Source of the DNA: a virus | Lineage: Duplodnaviria; Caudoviricetes | IMG/VR virus record: IMGVR_UViG_2856626968_000003 | Coordinates: 1 to 64,000 of that record | Strand: one strand, 5' to 3' | DNA length: 64,000 bases | In this document: piece after piece, positions 19,842 to 28,387 of the stretch | How the letters are laid out: each line of letters starts with the position of its first letter | Position numbering within the stretch: position 1 is the first letter of the stretch | Position numbers and translations under genes: made by a program | Notes under the pieces: generated by a model | What the model was told of the DNA's origin: nothing | Database searches by the model: none | The model's input: the letters and a program-made list of their open reading frames with translations, nothing else

Positions 19842-20213
19842 GTGCGTATCGGCGAGTTGGCGCAGGCCACGGGCACGACCCCGCGTGTGCTTCGGCACTA
19901 CGAGGATGAGGGGTTGATCACCTCCAGGCGGGCGCCCAACGGTTACCGGATCTACGACGAGGGCGTGGTGGTACGGGTCCGTAACATCCGCCATTTGCTG
20001 GCCGCTGGTCTCACCCTGGCAGATGTCCGTGCGTTCGTGCCGTGCCTGGATGGTGACGTGGTGGCCGCGCCACCATCAGGCAGGGGCATTCAGGTCGCGC
20101 TGGATCGCCTTGCGGTCCTCGAGGAGCGCATTGCTGTCCAGATCGAGGCACGCGACCGGCTGGCGGCGGCGTTGCGACAGGTGGTTGAAGGGAAGATTCG
20201 CTCGGTTGCGTGA
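19842..20213 (+). CDS. MerR-family transcriptional regulator
   Basis: RIGELAQATGTTPRVLRHYEDEGLI...NGYRIY. Confidence 0.93.
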   Translation: MRIGELAQATGTTPRVLRHYEDEGLITSRRAPNGYRIYDEGVVVRVRNIRHLLAAGLTLADVRAFVPCLDGDVVAAPPSGRGIQVALDRLAVLEERIAVQIEARDRLAAALRQVVEGKIRSVA

Positions 20214-20261
20214 TCTGTGGTCGACGGTCACAGCCGTACCGCTGCCGACCGCAGCACGCGT

Positions 20262-20825
20262 TCAGAACGCGCGCTGCCTCTGCCCCTCCCGCAGAGCAGC
20301 GAAGGCCGCGTTCACCGGGTCCCGCCTGCCGACGGCCACCTGCTGCTCAGGCTCTGGGGTCGCCTCTGGCCGGTCGACCCGGCGACGGCCATGGGCACGC
20401 CCACCGCCACGGGCGGCCGCCTGCTCGGCCTCGTACCTGGCAGCTGCACGGCGCGCAGACCGCCATCGAGCGCCGTGCCCGTCAGGGATCTCAGCCCCAC
20501 TGCCCTCCCGGCAGAACTGGCCGGGCCGGGCCAAACACCGAGGGCACCTGACCCCATGCACCTCCGCGACCGTCACCCGCACCTGCACCCGTAGGCGCTT
20601 CACGCGCATCCCGGGCTGATGATACGGAGCCGCCTTACGGGTGCCGGCGCCGCGGCCCCCGCGCGCGGCACCGGCCGACTCGGCGGTGCCGATCGCCTTC
20701 GGCAATTCGCCGGCCCTGCCCACGCCCAGCTGACGGCGGTACTCGGCGTCGTTGCGGGCGCGCTGCTTGGCCAGAGCGGCCTTGCGTTCCCTCTTGGTGG
20801 GCTTGCGCTTGCTCACGGCGATCAC
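20262..20825 (-). CDS. Hypothetical protein with Zn finger
   Basis: VRCPRCLARPGQFC...HGAR. Confidence 0.5.
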   Translation of the reverse strand: MIAVSKRKPTKRERKAALAKQRARNDAEYRRQLGVGRAGELPKAIGTAESAGAARGGRGAGTRKAAPYHQPGMRVKRLRVQVRVTVAEVHGVRCPRCLARPGQFCREGSGAEIPDGHGARWRSARRAAARYEAEQAAARGGGRAHGRRRVDRPEATPEPEQQVAVGRRDPVNAAFAALREGQRQRAF

Positions 20826-20940
20826 CGTAGGGGGAGGGGGCTGGTGTTCGATGCCGGTAGTCCGAGGGTTGACCAGCGCATTGGAGACCGAAGAGCCCGC
20901 CGCTCCGTGGGGTGCGGCGGGCTTCGTGGGACTGTCTGGC

Positions 20941-21210
20941 CTACGCCCTGTTGTCGCCGGTGCGAGCGAGCTGGGCGCGCAGGGCGCGGTCCTGGTTGGG
21001 CGTCGCGTTGATGTGCATGTTCTCCAGGCCGCCCCACCCGCGCCGGTACTCGATCAGCGCGCGGTAGTTGTCGGGGATGGTGACGGTGTAGAAGTAGCCG
21101 CCGACGCTGACTTCCACGCGGCCCCCCAGGTTGGTGCGGGTGATGTGCTGGGTGGCGGCCTTGGCGAAGGCCTCGTCGCTGTTGCTGTCGGTCGTGATGT
21201 TCATGCCCAT
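20941..21210 (-). CDS. Hypothetical protein
   Basis: GC3-rich frame directly downstream of an operator pair. Confidence 0.7.
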   Translation of the reverse strand: MGMNITTDSNSDEAFAKAATQHITRTNLGGRVEVSVGGYFYTVTIPDNYRALIEYRRGWGGLENMHINATPNQDRALRAQLARTGDNRA

Positions 21211-21219
21211 TCCCTAACG

Positions 21220-21280
21220 TTGTCCCTATATACGGACAATGTTAGGGCGACCCCTTAACAATGTCCATACGTACGGACAA
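21220..21280 (-). promoter_or_regulatory. Tandem operator pair TTGTCC-N8-GGACAA (copy 1)
   Basis: Sites at 21220-21239 and 21261-21280, 41 bp apart. Confidence 0.85.
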
Positions 21281-21308
21281 AGAAAACCGTCGGCCGGGAA
21301 CCCGCCAC

Positions 21309-21971
21309 CTACAGCCGCGGGTCATCGACCAGGACGAATCCATCGGCGTCATCCTGCGTGAGCCGCTCAACCGCGAACCGCCGCCCGGGAAGCTCATTCG
21401 CCGGCAGCCCGGCCTGCTCGGCGATCCGCTCGGCCGACACCTGCAGCGGCGCGGCCGCCGGATGCAGCGCGGTGACGAGCTGGGCGACGTCGCCGACCAC
21501 GAGCAGGACGAGCGCCCGCCCGGGCGGCACGCTGACGGAGCCGGTGCTGAACAGAGACTTCCGCGGGCGGCCACCGCCGACCCCTCGGCCGGGGCGTGCC
21601 GCGATCGCCACGTCCAGCGTCGCGCGGCGGATGTGGTCCACGCCCTCCACGTCGAACCACCCGGGCAGGCGTCCGAGCGACTTGTCGGCGCGCACGGTGG
21701 AGTAGTCCACCTCGAGGTACTCGGCCGCGTCCTGCTCGTCGAGCAGGTCGTCCGGGTGCTGCGTCGTGCCGACCGGCAATGCGGGGAGCGGGCGGCCGTC
21801 GCGGGCAGCTTCGACCTGGGCGCGGTCGTACAGCAGGGTGCGCCGCCCCGGGTTGAGCGGCCGCAAGCCGTGCTTGTCCGCCAGCTTCTGGTTGCGCCAG
21901 GTCTGGAGCGACTTGCCGAGGATCTGCGCTGCGGTGCGGGCGTTGACCGCCTGGTGGTCGTGCGGGATCAC
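21309..21971 (-). CDS. HTH DNA-binding protein (excisionase/MerR-like repeats)
   Basis: TAAQILGKSLQTWRN, DLLDEQDAAEYLEVDYSTVR, RPGRGVGGGRPRK. Confidence 0.7.
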   Translation of the reverse strand: MIPHDHQAVNARTAAQILGKSLQTWRNQKLADKHGLRPLNPGRRTLLYDRAQVEAARDGRPLPALPVGTTQHPDDLLDEQDAAEYLEVDYSTVRADKSLGRLPGWFDVEGVDHIRRATLDVAIAARPGRGVGGGRPRKSLFSTGSVSVPPGRALVLLVVGDVAQLVTALHPAAAPLQVSAERIAEQAGLPANELPGRRFAVERLTQDDADGFVLVDDPRL

Positions 21972-22213
21972 AGGTTCTCCCTGTTGAGCGGGACGTACGG
22001 CTTGCCGGGGTCGGGGTTGTAGTAGCGGAACATCACGGTCTGGCCGTGGGCGTCGACGACGCGCAGGCGGACCCACAGGTCGTCGGCGCCCTCGCCGTTG
22101 GCGACGGCCTGGGCGTGGGCCTGCGCGCATAGCTCCTCGAGGGCCTGCTCGGCGAGTGGCACCGTGGCCGGCGCGTCGAGCACGTTGCCGAGCTCGTCGC
22201 GGATCTCGTACAT
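21968..22213 (-). CDS. Hypothetical protein
   Basis: GAGGAG RBS; GTGA coupling. Confidence 0.7.
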   Translation of the reverse strand: MYEIRDELGNVLDAPATVPLAEQALEELCAQAHAQAVANGEGADDLWVRLRVVDAHGQTVMFRYYNPDPGKPYVPLNRENL

Positions 22214-22337
22214 GGTCTTCTCCTCTGGTGGATGTCTCAGGGTGTGCCGCGTTGCCGCGGCGAGGGGAGCCCGAATGGGGTTCTGTGGATAACCCCGGGA
22301 GGGGGCGGGCGTCGGGCCCGTCCCCTCCCGGTTGCGA

Positions 22338-22797
22338 TCACTCCGCTGAGAACACCTGCTTGGCGAGGTTGAACGCCTCGCCCCAGATCCCGACCTGGCG
22401 GTTGGCCGCGTCGTGGTCGTCCATGATGACGATCAGCGACCCGAGCCGTACCTTCATCTCCCCGCAGCCGCTGGGGCTGAGCGGCGGGGAGCCTGCCTTG
22501 GATGTCGCGGCCCTGGAGCCAGCCGTGCAGGGTCACCGAGGTCCAGACGCGGGACCCGTCCGGGGGCTGGTAGCCCGCCGCCTGGTCCTGGGTGGGGAAG
22601 ATCTTCGGGATGGCCCGCTCGGCGTCGCGCCAGACCCGCTCGGCGGAGCGGGCGGCGTCGGCGTCCCCGATGGTGATCGCCACGTTGGGGAGGTAGATGC
22701 GGACGGTGCCCTGGTGGATCTCGGTGCTCGCGTGGTGGTGGCCGGCGTACCGGAGGGTCACCATCGCGAAGTTGTCGATGTTCCGTGTCGTCCTCAT
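22338..22797 (-). pseudogene. Hypothetical two-repeat protein with a frameshift near 22490
   Basis: First half GTVRIYLPNVAITIGDADAARSAERVWRDA matches GEMKVRLGSLIVIMDDHDAANRQVGIWGEA in a different frame. Confidence 0.6.
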
Positions 22798-22853
22798 TGA
22801 GGGCTCCTCTGTTGAGTTTTCAACCTGCTCGCCGCGTGGCTTCCGACTTCCTC

Positions 22854-22980
22854 CCGACACCTGAAACTATACAGCACTTACGTACCTATCGCGAGCGAAT
22901 GGGCGAACGAGATTACTGGAAAGAGAGCGCCCGAATCACTGGCACTAGGTATGTAACTGCTGTATAGTTTCAGGTGTCGG
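22854..22980. repeat. 35-bp inverted repeat forming mirror-image divergent promoters
   Basis: 22854-22888 vs 22946-22980, 33/35 match; each arm has TGC-TG-TATAGT pointing outward. Confidence 0.85.
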
Positions 22981-23039
22981 CAAGGGGGATCGGAACCCCG
23001 AACCGGCAGGCAGGTTGACAAATCAAGAGAGGAGAAACG

Positions 23040-23435
23040 GTGGAAGACCACCACAAGCGCGAGTACTCGTTCGACGAGCTCTCCGCGATGCTCGTAGGGG
23101 GCTACATGCTCATCAGCAAGCTCCTCCTGCGACTCCCCATCCCGATCGCCCTCCCGGCGATCACCGAGGACGGCCTCGACGGGGTCATCGCGGTCGCAGC
23201 CGTGGACAAGGCGCGGCGGGACATCAGCGCCCTCCCCATGGACGCCCTCACCGCCGCCATGATGCAGCAGGTCCTCCTGGAATGGCTCACCGCACATGAC
23301 CAGGGCCTGGTCATCATCAACCTCGGCGAAGAGCCCCGCCGCCTGGCCGCCATGACCGCGACGCTCACAAGGCTGACACACCTCGGCGACCACGCGGAGA
23401 TCCGGCTGGAGCTCGAGGAGGAAGACGAGGAGTGA
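23040..23435 (+). CDS. Hypothetical protein
   Basis: GAGGAG RBS; GC3-rich frame. Confidence 0.7.
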   Translation: MEDHHKREYSFDELSAMLVGGYMLISKLLLRLPIPIALPAITEDGLDGVIAVAAVDKARRDISALPMDALTAAMMQQVLLEWLTAHDQGLVIINLGEEPRRLAAMTATLTRLTHLGDHAEIRLELEEEDEE

Positions 23436-23499
23436 GTCACCCGCCGCCCCGGGCATCCAGCTCGGGGCGGCACCCCCACCGGATCCCTCTCTGACACCT

Positions 23500-23653
23500 C
23501 AACCCTGCCCGGCAACCCAAAGGGACCGGCGAGGCGGCACTCGCCCGCGCAAGCGGGGGTGCTGAAATCGGAAGCCTCGCCGGTCCCTGCAGGTTGAACA
23601 CTCCCAGAGGAGTACTCCCAGCGTACCCCGCGCGGCATTGCCCGGCGGGGTTG
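23500..23653. ncRNA. Putative structured RNA (nested stems)
   Basis: 23500-23515 pairs with 23638-23653; perfect 15-bp stem 23521-23535/23574-23588; inner CCCGC-GCAA-GCGGG hairpin. Confidence 0.4.
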
Positions 23654-23713
23654 TTTCGCGTTCGGGGCCGGCTTCCCCGGGGGCGACTTCCGGGCAGATC
23701 GCGCCGGACTTCT

Positions 23714-23774
23714 TTGTCCTGATGAGTGGACATTGTCCGGTTCGCTCGCTAACGTTGTCCGTATATAAGGACAA
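23714..23774 (+). promoter_or_regulatory. Tandem operator pair TTGTCC-N8-GGACAW (copy 2)
   Basis: Sites at 23714-23733 and 23755-23774, 41 bp apart. Confidence 0.85.
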
Positions 23775-23800
23775 AGTTTTCCACGAAGGAGGGCACCCGA

Positions 23801-24943
23801 ATGACCACTCCCGCGGCCCCCGCCACCCGGCTCCACAGTGGCGAGCTCCGCCGCCAGGTCGCCGCCTACCTCGCGGACAACCCCACCACCGACCACACCC
23901 CCACAGCCATAGCCCGCCACCTCAAGCGCTCCTCCGGAGCCGTCGGCAACGCCCTCAAGACCCTCGCCGCCGACGGCGCCGCCACCCAGACCTCGCCCAA
24001 GCCCCTGCGCTACAAGGCAACCGCCACCACCCGAGCCGCCGCCGCAGGCACCTCCGCCCCGGCCTCGGCCCCAGCCCCGGCACCCGCGCCCACCCCGGCC
24101 CCCGCCGCCGCGCCCCGCCCGGCCGCCCCCACCAGCGCCACGCCGGTCACCGGCCCCATCGCCCGGCCCAGCGGACTGCTCTACCACCCCCGCACCCTCT
24201 CGGGCATGCCCGACGTCACCGCCCTGCGCAAGCTCCGCGAGAACGGCGTCGCCGCCCTGCTGTACGGCCCGCCCGGCACCGGCAAGACCTCGGTGGTCGA
24301 GGCCGCCTTCGGCGACGTCATCACCGTCCAGGGCGACGGAGACACCACGGTCGCCGACCTGGTCGGCGAGTACACGCTGACCGGCGACGGCAGGCCGGTG
24401 TTCATCCACGGCCCCCTCGTCCGGGCCATGCGCGAGGGCCGGGCCTTCTTCATCGACGACGCCACGCTGATCCCACCGACGGTGCTCGCGGTGGTCTACC
24501 CCGCCATGGACGGCCGCCGCCAGATCATCATCAAGGCCAACGGCGGCGAGGTCGTCGACGCCGCCGAGGGGTTCTACGTGGTAGCCGGACACAACCCGGG
24601 CGTACACGGCGCGGTCCTCTCAGACGCCCTGGCCTCGAGGTTCGCCGCGCACATCAAAGTGACCAGCGACTATCAGCTGGCGACCCAGCTCGGGGTGGAC
24701 CGGCGGGCGGTGAAGGTCGCGCAGAACCTGGCCACGCGGATGGAGCAGGGGGAGTCGGGGTGGGCCCCGCAGCTGCGAGAGCTGCTCGCCTTCGCCAAGA
24801 TCGCCGCCGCGCTGGGGGTGGACGCTGCGGCGGGGAACCTGATCACGATCGCGCCGGATGAGGACCGCGAGGTGGTGGCCACGGTGGTGCGCGAGGTGTT
24901 CGGCAAGCCGGTCGAGCCGCTGGCGCTGGGCGAGCGGATCTGA
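23801..24943 (+). CDS. MoxR/CbbQ-like AAA+ ATPase with N-terminal wHTH and Pro/Ala linker
   Basis: GPPGTGKT Walker A, FFIDDA Walker B, HNPG, LSDALASRF. Confidence 0.9.
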   Translation: MTTPAAPATRLHSGELRRQVAAYLADNPTTDHTPTAIARHLKRSSGAVGNALKTLAADGAATQTSPKPLRYKATATTRAAAAGTSAPASAPAPAPAPTPAPAAAPRPAAPTSATPVTGPIARPSGLLYHPRTLSGMPDVTALRKLRENGVAALLYGPPGTGKTSVVEAAFGDVITVQGDGDTTVADLVGEYTLTGDGRPVFIHGPLVRAMREGRAFFIDDATLIPPTVLAVVYPAMDGRRQIIIKANGGEVVDAAEGFYVVAGHNPGVHGAVLSDALASRFAAHIKVTSDYQLATQLGVDRRAVKVAQNLATRMEQGESGWAPQLRELLAFAKIAAALGVDAAAGNLITIAPDEDREVVATVVREVFGKPVEPLALGERI

Positions 24944-24944
24944 C

Positions 24945-24982
24945 CCCGGCCGCCCCGCCCCCGGACGGGCGGGGCGGCCGGG
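24945..24982 (+). terminator. GC-rich hairpin terminator
   Basis: 16-bp perfect stem right after the stop codon. Confidence 0.6.
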
Positions 24983-25009
24983 AGTCGCCGATGGCCAGCC
25001 TCAGATTCT

Positions 25010-25070
25010 TTGTCCGCACCTATGGACAATGTGCCGACCGACAACTACCTTTGTCCATACATAAGGACAA
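25010..25070 (+). promoter_or_regulatory. Tandem operator pair TTGTCC-N8-GGACAA (copy 3)
   Basis: Sites at 25010-25029 and 25051-25070, 41 bp apart. Confidence 0.85.
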
Positions 25071-25088
25071 TGTTTTTGGAAGGCCCCC

Positions 25089-26819
25089 ATGACCAGCCAC
25101 ATCGCCCCCACCACCGCCACCCCTACCACGATCAGCGACCCCGCCTGGCTTCGCCTCTCCGCCGCCCTGACCTGGGAAACCCCCGTCATCGCCGACCGCG
25201 ATGACCTCATCGTCACCATCGCCCCCGGCGCAGGCCACGGCGCGCCCGCCTGCTTCCTCCCCACCCAGGCCCGGATCGAGCTCGACGGCGAACACCTCAA
25301 GATCCACCCCGGCAGCGCAACCCCCGACCGCGCCTCCGACCGCACCCGCTACCCCGCCGTCTGGGGAATGCTCACCCACGAATGCGCCCACGCCAAGCAC
25401 TCGGTATGGGAGACCCCGACCGGCACCCCGGCCGACGTCGCCGCCGCCGCCGAGCTGCTCGAAGAGGCCCGCATCGAGGCCGCGCAGATCGGCCGCCGCC
25501 CCGACGACCGCCACTGGCTCCGCGCCAGCGCCCGCGAGATCGTCCTCGCCGACACCCACGCAGGCGACCCCACCAAGGCCCCGGCCATGACCCCCCACGC
25601 CGCCGCCCACACCGCCGCGCTGCTCCTCGGCCGCGCCGACGGCGGCATCCTCACCCGCTCCGAGACCGCCCCCGTCGCCCGCGCCGTACGCGGCATCCTC
25701 GGCGACCGCACCCTGCGCAAGCTCCGCAAGATCTGGCGTGAGGCTCTCACGGTGGCCGACGGCGACGCCGCCGCCATGATCGAGCTCGGCCGCCGCTGGG
25801 TCGACATCCTCGGCCCCGACCCCGCCGCCAACCCTCCCGCCTCCGCCGCCGGCGCCAGCGGCGCACCGGCCGGGCCCTCCCCCCTCGCCGACGCCATCAA
25901 CACCACCCTGGGCAAGGTCGACCGCGCCGTCGCCCGGCAGATGCCCTCCGCCTCCCCCGCCCAGAGGCCCACCCCCGCCTCCGGCACCCCCTCGAGCGAC
26001 CCCGCCGAGGAGGCCACCGCCCGCGTCGCCGACGCCGTGTTCGGCGGCGGCTCCACCACCGGCACGGCCGCCCCACTCGGCAACACCCGCGCCCCCGAGC
26101 CCGCCGAAGCCGCCGCAGCCCGCGCCCTGGCCCGCGCCCTCAGCACCGCCGGGATCCGCGACCGGGTCACCACCAAGACCACCTCGCCCATCCCGCCCGG
26201 ACGGCTCCGGATGCGCGGCGTCATCGCCCGCGAGGCCCAGCGCGCCGCCGGACGGATCCCGACCGCCGAGCCCTTCGCCCGCACCACCCGCAAGGTCGCC
26301 CCCGTGCCGCCGCTGCGCATCGGCATCGCCTGCGACGTCTCCGGCTCCATGTCCGCCTTCACCGGTCCCGTCGCCTCGGCCGCGTGGATCCTCGCCCAAG
26401 CCGCCCGCCACACCTCGGTGCCCACCGAGACCGCCACGGTGACCTTCGGCAACCAGGTACGGGCCATCACCCGCCCAGGGGTCGCCCCCGCCAAGGTGAC
26501 CGAGTTCACCGCCCCCGACTCCTCCCACGCCATCGACACGGCGATCGACGCCCTGGACGGCGCGCTCGGCCTGGCCCGCCCGGGCGCGGCCCGGCTGCTG
26601 GTGATCGTGTCCGACGGGCGGTACGAGGCGGACCGCCGGATGGGCGGGCAGAAGCGGCTCGACCGGCTGCAGGCCTCCGGATGCGCGGTGCTGTGGCTGG
26701 CCACCGGAGGAAAGGACGAGCCGATGAAGGGCGCGACGGTGCACGTGCTGGCCGACCCGGCGGCGACGGCCACCGCGATTGGGCGGGCAGCTACGGCCGC
26801 GCTGCGAGCGGCCCGGTGA
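25089..26819 (+). CDS. Metallopeptidase-like (HExxH) plus vWA domain protein, MoxR partner
   Basis: HECAH...EEARIE; MIDAS DVSGSM; VIVSDG. Confidence 0.85.
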   Translation: MTSHIAPTTATPTTISDPAWLRLSAALTWETPVIADRDDLIVTIAPGAGHGAPACFLPTQARIELDGEHLKIHPGSATPDRASDRTRYPAVWGMLTHECAHAKHSVWETPTGTPADVAAAAELLEEARIEAAQIGRRPDDRHWLRASAREIVLADTHAGDPTKAPAMTPHAAAHTAALLLGRADGGILTRSETAPVARAVRGILGDRTLRKLRKIWREALTVADGDAAAMIELGRRWVDILGPDPAANPPASAAGASGAPAGPSPLADAINTTLGKVDRAVARQMPSASPAQRPTPASGTPSSDPAEEATARVADAVFGGGSTTGTAAPLGNTRAPEPAEAAAARALARALSTAGIRDRVTTKTTSPIPPGRLRMRGVIAREAQRAAGRIPTAEPFARTTRKVAPVPPLRIGIACDVSGSMSAFTGPVASAAWILAQAARHTSVPTETATVTFGNQVRAITRPGVAPAKVTEFTAPDSSHAIDTAIDALDGALGLARPGAARLLVIVSDGRYEADRRMGGQKRLDRLQASGCAVLWLATGGKDEPMKGATVHVLADPAATATAIGRAATAALRAAR

Positions 26820-26926
26820 ACGGGCTCACCTCCCGGCCCTCGCCTGCGGGCGGGGGCCGGTCCTCTCTCGCCCGTGATCTCGTCCGCGATACATTGTCGT
26901 CACGTGTGGACGAGAGGGAGAGCATC

Positions 26927-27181
26927 ATGGCCCCGATCCGGTATGTGGGCGCCAAGCAGGTCGGCGCGTGGTTTGGCGTGCCCGCGGCGACGGTGTCCAA
27001 GTGGGTGAGCCGATACGCCCAGACCTACCCCACGCCCGAGCCGGACGCGCTCGTCGGCGATGAGGACGGGGCGGAGTTCCGGGCCTGGCTGCCGGCACGC
27101 GAAGCCGAGTGGCGCGAATGGGAGCGAGGCCGGCCGGGCCGCGGCGCCGGCGGCGGACGCCCCAAGAAGCAGCCGGCATAA
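26927..27181 (+). CDS. Small HTH DNA-binding protein (repressor candidate)
   Basis: VGAKQVGAWFGVPAATVSKW; C-terminal RPGRGAGGGRPKK; degenerate operator TTGTCG-N8-GGACGA at 26894-26913. Confidence 0.75.
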   Translation: MAPIRYVGAKQVGAWFGVPAATVSKWVSRYAQTYPTPEPDALVGDEDGAEFRAWLPAREAEWREWERGRPGRGAGGGRPKKQPA

Positions 27182-27288
27182 CCTCCGCGCACCCAAACCC
27201 CGTCGATGGTCACGACGAATAGCACTCCCGCACGGCGAACCGACTCCTGCGACGCAGCTCGCCGAGACGCTAACTCCAGTGAGGATTC

Positions 27289-27663
27289 ATGCACCGCAGC
27301 CCGTACGAGACATGGGTCGAGATCAAGTTCATCGACGAGTTCATCGTTCTTCCCGAGCACATCGCACTCCTGCGCCGGGGCTGCGCCTCTTGGGTCGGGG
27401 ACGACTGGCGCGGAGCCCCAGGACTAGACCCCAAACGTCCGTTCCGTAACAGCGACGTGTACGGGGACATCGCGGCGATCGTGGACGGCCGTGAGGTCTA
27501 CGGCCACGACGACGAGCAGGTCTCCGATGCGGACAGGGCACGCTACGACCGACTGTTCGCCGAATGCGTGCTCGCGCTACAGATCGTGTTGGAGACGGGC
27601 TCGTTCGAGCCTGGGCGCTACGTCCTGGCCGGCCTTCCGGGGCGATGGCAGCGCGCCAAGTAG
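27289..27663 (+). CDS. Hypothetical protein
   Basis: GAGGA RBS; LDPKRPFRNSDVYGDIAAI motif. Confidence 0.7.
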   Translation: MHRSPYETWVEIKFIDEFIVLPEHIALLRRGCASWVGDDWRGAPGLDPKRPFRNSDVYGDIAAIVDGREVYGHDDEQVSDADRARYDRLFAECVLALQIVLETGSFEPGRYVLAGLPGRWQRAK

Positions 27664-27728
27664 CCCCATCCACCATCATAACGATCTGATCTCGGCATGG
27701 CCGTGTGTCCGTGGTGTCCGAAATCAAC

Positions 27729-27763
27729 GTGTGAAATCCACGTCCACTCGCTAACGTGGAAAT
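27729..27763 (+). promoter_or_regulatory. Putative promoter of the Y-RNA/Ro60 operon
   Basis: TAACGT -10-like hexamer at 27752-27757, ending 7 nt before the first RNA stem; CCACGT/ACGTGG inverted repeat. Confidence 0.4.
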
Positions 27764-27875
27764 CAGTTCATCGGGCCCGGAGTGGGCACGGGTCGAATGG
27801 GCGTCGGTTATCTCTGGTATAGATTCTCCCGGCGCTGTCTTACACATCCGTACCGACTCCCGGCCTGATGAACTG
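27764..27875 (+). ncRNA. Y RNA-like unit 1 (no tRNA module)
   Basis: Ends pair (CAGTTCATCGGGCC/GGCCTGATGAACTG); CACGGGTCGAA...GTCGGTTA and ACATCCG motifs. Confidence 0.8.
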
Positions 27876-28040
27876 GTCAGATCTGGTGCCAGCACGGGTC
27901 GAAAGCTCGTCGGTTACCACTTCTAATGGGGTTGTCGCGGGTTCAAATCCCGCCGCAGGTTCGCCTGTGTAGCTCAGTTCGGCTAGAGCGCCTAAAACCC
28001 GGTGAGCGGCACCATATCCGTGCCGGCTCCAGATCTGATC
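27876..28040 (+). ncRNA. Y RNA-like unit 2 (YrlA-type, permuted tRNA module)
   Basis: GTCAGATCTGG/CCAGATCTGAT closing stem; T arm GCGGGTTCAAATCCCGC, UUCG-capped acceptor-like stem, then D arm TAGCTCAGTTCGGCTAGAGC. Confidence 0.88.
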
Positions 28041-28042
28041 GT

Positions 28043-28184
28043 TCGTCATCCCGGCCGGTGGCACGGGTCGAATCCATGTCGGTTATCGCAGGTTCGATTC
28101 CTGTCGGCCCCCCGCGCGGGGCCGACGCCCAGTTGGCGGGCACCCGGCCGGACCCCACATCCGTGCCATCGGCCGGGATGACGA
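28043..28184 (+). ncRNA. Y RNA-like unit 3 (YrlA-type)
   Basis: TCGTCATCCCGGCCG/CGGCCGGGATGACGA stem; T arm GCAGGTTCGATTCCTGT; reduced D arm GCCCAGTTGGCGGGC. Confidence 0.85.
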
Positions 28185-28191
28185 GCCCCCA

Positions 28192-28335
28192 GGGGAGAGC
28201 GGGTCGAAGTCACGTCGGTTATCGGGAGCCGGGTACGCAGGTTCGAATCCTGCCGCCCTGCACTATGCGGGGCGTCGTCTAGTGGCCCAGGACACCGGCT
28301 TAAACACCGGCAGGCACCACCACATCCGCTCTCCC
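28192..28335 (+). ncRNA. Y RNA-like unit 4 (YrlA-type)
   Basis: GGGGAGAGCGG/CCGCTCTCCCC stem; T arm GCAGGTTCGAATCCTGC; D arm GTCTAGTGGCCCAGGAC. Confidence 0.85.
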
Positions 28336-28340
28336 CCCAT

Positions 28341-28383
28341 CCCTCCCACATCCGCCACTCCGGCGGGTCGAACACACGGAGGC
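28341..28383 (+). promoter_or_regulatory. Strand-swapped Ro-binding hairpin beside the Ro60 RBS
   Basis: ACATCCGCC-ACTCC-GGCGGGTCGAA hairpin, flanked by CCTCC and the GGAGG RBS. Confidence 0.6.
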
Positions 28384-28387
28384 CGCC

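Noticed and set aside
23561-23575. Hammerhead ribozyme core in the structured region
   Set aside because: CTGAAAT and GGAAG do not match the CUGANGA/GAAA core in the required stem context
24050-24135. C-rich tandem-like repeat
   Set aside because: Encodes the Pro/Ala linker of the AAA protein; no independent function evident
27916-27990. Possible amber suppressor tRNA (loop TT-CTA-AT before a T arm)
   Set aside because: The stem has a mismatch, the D arm lies 3' of the T arm, the acceptor-like stem is closed by a UUCG loop and there is no CCA end, so it fits a permuted Y RNA module rather than a functional tRNA
27764-28372. CRISPR array
   Set aside because: Repeats are short, split motifs inside self-pairing units of unequal length, and there are no cas genes
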